From the human T2T-CHM13v2.0 reference genome, Homo sapiens, in the NCBI RefSeq assembly GCF_009914755.1, contig NC_060931.1: 64,000 nt of DNA; one strand, 5' to 3'. The notes beneath the pieces are model-generated. The model made no database searches, had not been told where the DNA came from, and was given only the letters and a program-made list of their open reading frames with translations. A program made the position numbers and the translations under genes. How positions within the stretch are numbered: the first letter of the stretch is position 1; every line of letters starts with the position of its first letter. Below, piece by piece: positions 56,358-64,000 of the stretch.

Positions 56358-59300
56358 CTACCGGAGATCATGCAGAGAGAGAGAGAGAGAGAGAGTAAGA
56401 GTGTCAGATCTTCTCACAGGAACCCTAGTGTCCCGCTTGGGTGAGCCCTGTCTGCAGGCATATGCTGGACTCTTGAAAAGAGCACCGAATCAGGGGACAG
56501 GATGCTTGAGCCTTTTTTCTCATTTTGCTGTAATTAGCTTTGTGTGACCTTGAAAAAGTCAGAGGACAGTCTCTCTAGAAATCACATGTAAAATGGGTCA
56601 GACTCCATTTTTTTGAACTGGTGAAGGCATTTTCTATTTGTGAAAAGTCTGATTTATTTTTAAAGAAATGCCTATTTTCACAATTTTGCTTGTAGTTATA
56701 AGAATGAATACCTAGGAAATGGTGTGCTTAACTGGAAGTACTTTATAATGTCCTTTAATGAATAAAGACAATTTAAGGGGATCCCATTACTGAAGAAACA
56801 ATGCTGGCTTTGCAGCAGCCTTATCAAATTCTCAAAAAATTATTTAGACATCTAAAATAGTTTTTACATCAAGAGTCAATAGTTAACCGGGCATATGCAA
56901 GTAAATGAAAGCTGAATATAGAGATAAGATTACCCCAAAAATTCGGCTGAATACTTTCACAAATTTCACACATAAGGAATTCCTGTGGCTTTTTCCTTGT
57001 TCTGTTTTTTGGCATTCTCGATCAGACATCACGGGGGCCTCCAGGTTCTGCCGCAAGTCAGGGTGTCGGCCTGAGGGAGACGGGGATAAAATAAAACATC
57101 CTGTTGACAGTGGTTATTTTAGTCCTTCTGACCACCAGCCTCTATTTCAACTGGTATCTTTTTGTGTGTGTTTAAAGAAAATAAGGAATGCGACAAAGGA
57201 GAGAAATCATCAAGAGTGTGGTTATGAGCTAATCTTGAGGATTTTGAAAAAGGCTTTACGTCTCTTTAAGGTAGAGTATATTTTTAATTGGTGGCCTGTC
57301 TTGGAGAACTAAATGACCTGAGGCAATTCTCAGAGGTGTCCTTTACATGTGAAATGAGCATGTATGAGAAGTAGGACCACACCTTGTTCATGTGAATTGT
57401 GTCTCTGCCAATCAGGAATGGCTGGGCCTCTGTGCAGAGTCAGATGGCCTGGTGGCTCCAGCTGCCAAAGCCCTGCAGAGGCAGTGGGATATTAGACACC
57501 CTGGGAAAGGAGGAGCTTTGTTCCTCTGGGCAGGTCTCTGTTTGCCAGACCACTCAGGTAGCATCTCTATTGGGTCTCCTTTCACTCTCCTTTCCTCCTC
57601 TCTCCTCACAGCTATGAGGATATGGATGTTCCTCCTAAAGGACAACTGATGACCCTGATTTGCTGTGGAAGGCACACTTACCACTGTTTTCTTGGCTCCA
57701 GTCCAAACCTGAGAGTAGACAGACAGTGCCTGGCCTGACATTGGTGGTGGCGAGGGTAAGGGGCTGGACTTTGGGATTGAGCATGGCAGGCTTAGCCAGC
57801 TTGATGAGCATGAGGTCATCCTGTGGGGCGCTATGACTGTAGTTCCAGTAGCGGACGATCTGAATGGGGTTAATTGTCTGTTCAGTACCGTCTCTGACTC
57901 TGCTCTTGAAATTTCCCAGCATCACTTTCAGATTTCTGGAGGGAGAGGGGTTGGAAGTAATCATCATCATCATCATCATCATTGCTAAGATACTGAATGT
58001 TACAAAGTGCCAGGAACTGTACCAAGTGCTTTTTCTGGATTATGTCATTTAACTCACAACAAGTCTATGCAGTGGATTCCATTTTTATCCCCATTTAGCA
58101 CATGAATTAATGGGGGCACATAGGAGTAATTCACTCAGGGTGATATAGTAAGTAGTGGAGCCCTTCACTACATTTTAATGTTGTGTTCTTTAATGTAGTG
58201 GAGAGGAAGAGGATGCATGTCAAGGAAATGTAATTTTCTCGCCTATCTAACTGAACAATGTCCATTTTGGTGGAGACCAGAGAATAAATAACCTAGTTCT
58301 GGGTGTCTCCTGTTTGGTTCCCTAGCTGATGCACTAACAGTCCTATTCCATTCTGCTCTGCACCTTTGGAAGGGGACATATATGGATTTAATCAGTGGGC
58401 TCTCTTGTCCTCTGGCTTCCTTCTATTGGCCAATAGGAAGCACCAGAAAGTAACTGGAGGAAGAAGAGTGAGATTGGAGTACTTATCCTCCCAGGTCCCT
58501 CCCTGCAGTTTTGTCACAGAGTGGCTGTGCTCCTTGACTAGGGGTTACAATCCTTATCAGGCTGTCTCCTCACACAGGTCTCGCTTTTTCTCTATCTCTC
58601 CTTGCCTCCTTTGAAATTATCTTCTCCTCTTGCCTTTTTAGGCCTAGAGGTGGTAACTGCATTTTCTTAATACAAACCCTGGTGGTATGGAACTATTCTT
58701 AATATTGTCCCTTTAATGTCTCCATACCTTTGCAATTGGTTCCTTCTTAAAACTCACCTCAATTGACCCAATTTGAGTGCATCATCAGTTACCTGCTAGA
58801 TCTTTAAGTGATAAAATGCATTCATACTGCCAGTAAAAAAAAAAAAAGAAAAAAACTTATGAGAGTCTGAGGAGGCATAACATGTAACACAGGGTTCCTC
58901 AACAGTGGCACTATTGCTGTTCTGGGCTGGACAAATCTTTATTGTGGGGACTGTGCTGTGAATTGTAGGATGTTAAACAGCATCTTTGCTCTAGCCTCTC
59001 CCCATTAGATGCCAATAGCACTGCCCCCTGGTTGTGACAACCAAAAATATCTTCAGACATTGCCAAGTGTACCCTGTAGAGAAGTTACCCTTATATGAGA
59101 ACCACTGATCTAGAATGAACAGTAGCTGTTTTGGGGATGGGGATGCCCAAATACTCAACGGTAAATAGCAGTGAGCTGGGGCCAGCACCCAGCTGGGTTT
59201 GATGAGGACGCCCACACAGGGGTTGAAGTGAGACTTGAGGTACACCAAATAGGGAGCAGGGTCTTCTTTCTGAACAGATGAGTCAGCAAAGAAAAATGTC

Positions 59301-60871
59301 CCTGAGAAAATAATGAACATTCTTAATACATAAATATTATAAAAATAAGGTAACAGTCTCTTACTTGAAAAGGAATCTGGATGATTCTTAAACAGTTATC
59401 AGTTGGCCAAGAAGTGTTAACGTATTTGACATGTTTTTCTAATAAAAATGTAAATTAAAACGATATGCCATTTTATCTTATATTTATAATAATTTTGTTT
59501 AATATTGATAATATTCAATCTAAGAGAGTATAATGAGAGACACTCATCACTGCTAGTAAATTGATTCCATCTTCTTGAAAAGCAATTTAGAAACAGGCAT
59601 CAAGAATCATAAATTGTTTATAACCTGTGACCTAATCATTCCAACCCCAAGAATCCATTCTAAAGAAAAAAATCAGATATAGACAAGGATTACAAACAAG
59701 TATGCTCATGTTAGCTATAACAGCTGAACACTGGAAACATAAATATCTGACATAGTAATGTTGGACATTGAAGCACATCAAAAAGTGGAACATCATATAT
59801 AATAAAAATTAAACTAATTAGAATATTAAACAGCAAAAGAATATTAATGCTTATTTAAGTTAAAAAGAACAAGAAAATTGTGGATATAATCTATTTGTCT
59901 AAAAACAAATAAATAAAAACATTTAAATGCAAAAAATATATAGATTCTGAGAGTAAACTCAAAGTGTTAGCATGTGTTGACTAAGAGGTGGGATTATGAA
60001 TGATGCTTATTTTTCTACTTTAAAAATGTCTAAATTTTGTAATATGAACATATATTGTTTTTATAAATGAATTATTTAAAACATACCCTAGAGAATAAAG
60101 GGGAGGAAGGCTGATTCTAGTATCAGAAATAAAGCCCTCTTCTTGTCTTGGCTTCTCTTGCTACTCCTGTTAACCTTCCCCAAGACTGGGTCTGTACCTC
60201 ACCACACCCTTCTGTGTGATCACACAGTTAGAAACCCCAAAGAGAAAAGGGTAGACTGTAAACAAGGGCAAGAGACATTGAGCTCTCTATAGCAGGCATT
60301 GTTCTAAGTGCTTTACATAGATTTATTTAATCTTCACAATAGCTCTATAATATGGGTAGTCATACCCCCATTTTGAAGAAATTGAAGCACAGAAGAGTTA
60401 ATTAACTTGGCTAATCTCACACAGCTAATGTGTGATACAACCTAGGCAGTCAGAGAATGGTGGGAAATGCCTCATCTGCAAATTCTGCTGTCAGAAGAAC
60501 CCCATGTGGGGCAAGGACTACAGAAGGTAGGGTCCTAGTACTTGATCTTTTGTTTCTACTTCTCTGTTTTCTGCATTAGTGTCGGTGGGAGGACACTCAC
60601 TGTTAAGCCTTCTCCAAGGCACATGTGTGCCTTAACCCACCCTATAGCTTAACACTAGAAAAGTGGGCTCAGCCTATCCGGAGAGCCTTTGGATGGAGTC
60701 TGAGAGGCAGGACTCCTAATTCTGCTGATGACACTATTTTTGACTCTTTTTCTGCACCCTTCGCAATCCTGCCTCTGTCTCACCCCATCCATTAAACTGT
60801 GCCTTACAGGACAGAGTACAAGGTCTTGAGTACATACCAGCGAGGACACCCAAATAGAAGACATATTTCAT
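56217..60871 (-). CDS. PRSS37: Probable inactive serine protease 37, 235 aa; join complement(60838-60871, 59160-59301, 57682-57935, 56934-57070, 56217-56357)
   Basis: Five GT-AG exons (34+142+254+137+141=708 nt) splice in frame to [56 protein letters not shown]...DDLMLIKL...[10 protein letters not shown], with trypsin-like exon phases. Confidence 0.96.
56934..57070 (-). CDS. PRSS37: PRSS37 coding exon 4
   Basis: cag|GCCGACAC...TTTGGG|gtaatc. Confidence 0.92.
57682..57935 (-). CDS. PRSS37: PRSS37 coding exon 3 (catalytic Asp, DDLMLIKL)
   Basis: cag|AAATCTG...AACAGTG|gtaagt. Confidence 0.94.
58888..59106. mobile_element. MER20-like DNA transposon in PRSS37 intron 2
   Basis: cagggttcctcaacagtggcactattg...gagaaccactg. 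Confidence 0.75.
59160..59301 (-). CDS. PRSS37: PRSS37 coding exon 2 (catalytic His, PAHC)
   Basis: cag|GGACATTT...TTACC|gttgag. Confidence 0.92.
60838..60871 (-). CDS. PRSS37: PRSS37 coding exon 1 (signal peptide)
   Basis: accATGAAATATGTC...GCTG|gtatgt. Confidence 0.92.
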
Positions 60872-61972
60872 GGTGATCCAGCTCTTCCCCCTGTGAGATG
60901 TAGAAGAAAATCAGCAGAGTGTGGAGCGGTTGGCTTAGTTGTCTTCTCAGGAACACCTGGTAGACTCAGTGGCTATGGTTAGATACGGAGGCACTCCATG
61001 GGATTGGAAAGCAGCTCTGGGCATAAACAGGGGAGGGAGATGGCTTCAGAGAGACAGATGAAAGCCCTCTGTTCCAGGGAAGGTGGAGGACTGTGCCTCT
61101 GTTGGGGCATTTCAGGGAAGGAAACTCCTGGATTCAGCTCCTTCTATCTGCTGCCCCTAAAAACACATCTGTTTGAAGGTAGTTCAGTTGTCTGTGGAAA
61201 TGGCAGCTCTAGGCTCAGGACTTATCTTCCCCACAGAGTTTCTGAGACCAGGGCTATGAGGGACAATATTCTTTACCTTAGCTCAGGGAGTAAGTGTCCT
61301 GAGGTTTGCTCTGAACCTCCTAATAGTTACTTATACTTTCCCCAGCCCCTCCCATCTTTGTTACACTAGCTTCATATGTCCCTCTGATCACTGTTTCATC
61401 ACTCAGTCATCATCACCAACTTGGTGTTTTTTGTCCTGAGCAACAGCATTGAGCCAAGAAAATATGGAAATGAAAAGCATTCATAGAACAGTTATCTTGA
61501 TAGTTGGGGAATTGTTTACAGTCTAGATGACATTAGGCCTGGTGACAATTCAGAAGGCAGTACCTCTAATACTTAAAGACTTAGACCAATATTAGACTAC
61601 CAAAGTCATCCTTGGATAATTGGGAGCATAGTCTAACAAGAAAATGAGCGGTAACACTAATAGCTGATATCCTCTAAGCATTTACTGAATCCTAGGCACT
61701 GAGCTAAGATCTTTACGGACTTGTCAGTAGAGATTTTATATCAGGTTAGTCTGAGATGTAAAATTCACTACACTTTGTATCACTCTAACCCTTTAAAGTT
61801 TCTTAAACCCATAATCTCTTTCCAAATGTCACAACAACCCTAGAAAGAAGAGATAGGGCTGGGTCTGGTATCTATTTCTGGTCTGTGGGTGGCAGAACTG
61901 AAGCAGAGAGAATCTAAGTAGTTTTCCCAAAGTCACATGTCGTGGACAATGAGAAATAGGCCTTGTCACTGG

Positions 61973-62437
61973 TGTAGGGTTGCAGGTCCCCCACCAGGAT
62001 ACTTAAGGGTGTATGACCACTGCTTGAACCTTAATGGCTAAGTAGTGAGTCAAGGACACGGTGCCCAGCCAAGAAGCAGGTATCCTTGATGGCCAAGTGG
62101 TGAGTCAACGCCATGGTGTCCAGCTGAGGAGCAGGTGTCCTTGAGTACCCAAACATCCCAGAGAATACCTGAGAACCTATCAAGGAAAACAGTCCCATCA
62201 TGCACACACAGTAGGCAAAGAGCCAGAAAATTAGCTTAAAAGCAGCTTAGAGATGGAAAGCAGGGCAGGTCTCTAAAGGTGTCCTCTGCTATCTAGGAGT
62301 GTCTCATATGTAAGTCCTAATAAACTTATCCACTGGCCAAGCTGGACTTGTCTGAGTCATTCTTTGGTCTCTTGGCTCCCTCCTAGTTTGGGGGAAAGGT
62401 TTTTTTAAAAATATGATTCTGGATTTTTCTTGTTACA
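61973..62437 (+). mobile_element. ERVL-class LTR (MER54-like), followed by PBS-like tggcatcac and internal sequence
   Basis: tgtaggg...aataaa (62319)...ttaca then attggcatcac; cccaaacatcccagagaatacctgagaacc motif. Confidence 0.65.
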
Positions 62438-62759
62438 ATTGGCATCACAAATGGGGTCAGAGAGACCAAACTTCGAGCCAGGAATGAGTGTCTATGGTGG
62501 GGAATCCCTGGGCAGTCGGCAATGTCCATGTGGAGTGGAGTTGCCCAACTGCACAACTTTTGTGGGCCACTGCATGAGTACAGGGATGCTTGGAAAACAT
62601 GGGCAAGGACTGAATACCTATTGCCAAGAAGCCAAGATATTAAAGTATGATAATGATAGTAAATGTGGTGTTATTGCAATAAGGCTGGCTAATCACAAAT
62701 CATTAGAGCAGGAAAGGGAGAAAGGGTAGAAACTCCAGCAGAAGCTAAAAGGCATGGTT

Positions 62760-64000
62760 TTCTAATCCTCCAGCTGGTTACATATTATGGCCCTTTCTTG
62801 TGTACATTTTAAAACTGACGGGCAAATTACAACAAGAAAAATTCAGAGCTCAAATGTTTAATCTACAACTATAGAGTTAAGTAGAGTCTTCTAAAGCTCT
62901 CTATTTCTCTTTCCTTTTCTGCCTGCTTTGAATCTACTGTTAATAAGTTACTGGTATTGAGATAAAACTCACTAATTCAAGGTCAATTTGAGATTTTTTT
63001 TTTCCTCATATGGTTCAGCCAGTTCTAGCTAAAATGTAAAGAATTAAACTCATTTGGAACTGAAAAAAAATGGATAAAGGAGGTTTTTAAAAATCAAACT
63101 GCCATAGAAACTGCTTTACCCAAATTATTGATCCACTGCTTTCCTTGGGTTACCTATTGGGGCAAATAAAGTTTAGCCATGTGAACAGGTCCCAATTTTA
63201 TCAAAAATAATCTGGATCCAGCTGTCTTTTATATAGTAATGAGTTTGTGAAGCTAGAATTCCAAAAGCTATTGGTAAAAGCTATCGGATCTTGCATGTAT
63301 ATGTATAAACATGTTTAAATGTGTTATGTGTATGTGCATGTATTATGCTATGTGTTATATCTAGCATGGTACCGAATAGCTTATAAGTAAATACGTACTC
63401 ATAAATTAAATAAGTCCAGATGCTCTTCAGGTTCACGTGAATTCAATAATCTTTGGTGAATAAGCTGGCTTCAAAATTTTTGATAAAATAAAAGTAGAAA
63501 TGTCTTCAAAAGTGTCAGCATACATTTTTGTCTGAGTTTCTTGATTAGATAAGTTGTATATTTGCCCCTCCTAGATAGTTTAAGGTGTCAGGTTTCTGAC
63601 ATGAAGGTTCTAAGACTATAAATCCACCCAAAACAGAATGATCTTTGTGTGATTTTTTTGATAAGCAAGATTAATTTGATATTGTCAGTTTAATTAAAAC
63701 AGCTGAATTTTCTGAGTTATTGGTAAAAATGCTTATGTCTTTAAGTTTCTTGATTAGACGAACATCTGATATTTATAAGCCATTAAAATGGTTAACAGGG
63801 AAATAACTCGTAATGATTATTAGCTTTGTCTAATAAGTCTAATGAGCTTTCGTTCTCATGAGTAATCCAGATAAACCACTAAAAATGAATAAATTCAGTA
63901 AATGTAAATGAGATAAACATAGGTAAAACTTTTTGTGTAGTTTAAAATCTTAAAATTATTTTAGCTACTCATTGAATGTCTGGGTCATTTCCAGTTTAGA
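62760..64000 (+). mobile_element. ERV1 (MER4-group) internal sequence, running off the window
   Basis: gggcaaattacaacaagaaaattcagagctcaaatg and gaaactgctttacccaaa motifs typical of MER4-group int; by eye. Confidence 0.55.

Noticed and set aside
57635-57982. ORF starting MMMMMMM
   Set aside because: This is the intronic (ATG)n repeat in frame with PRSS37 exon 3, not a separate gene.

Overview
This is human genomic DNA; the gene content (TAS2R5 plus PRSS37) places it at 7q34, inferred from gene identity rather than from a search. There are two intact protein-coding genes: the single-exon bitter taste receptor TAS2R5 (10181-11080, +, 299 aa) and the five-exon protease-like gene PRSS37 (60871-56217, -, 235 aa; the catalytic Ser motif is replaced). 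Pseudogenes are a tandem TAS2R5 paralog (7633-8464, TAS2R6P-like), a processed MYL6 pseudogene with TSDs (31583-32255) and a ~3.9-kb old NUMT (21156-25349: 16S 3' part, ND1, ND2, 5' CO1, nine tRNAs, O_L). The NUMT sits inside an L1 and is itself split by an AluY. The rest is dense, nested repeat DNA (Alu, L1, L2, MIR, MaLR/ERVL/ERV1 LTRs, DNA transposons). I see no new protein-coding system. The most unusual signals are repair and insertion scars: two locally templated inverted insertions with flanking duplications (13.7 kb and 52.1 kb), a fold-back hairpin at the NUMT junction, and a young AluYb8 nested in another Alu just 3' of TAS2R5. Also notable are an 87-codon in-frame N-terminal extension and a splice-acceptor-like signal before TAS2R5, and a decayed retroviral env immunosuppressive domain. 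Repeat subfamily names and some repeat boundaries were called by eye and are approximate.
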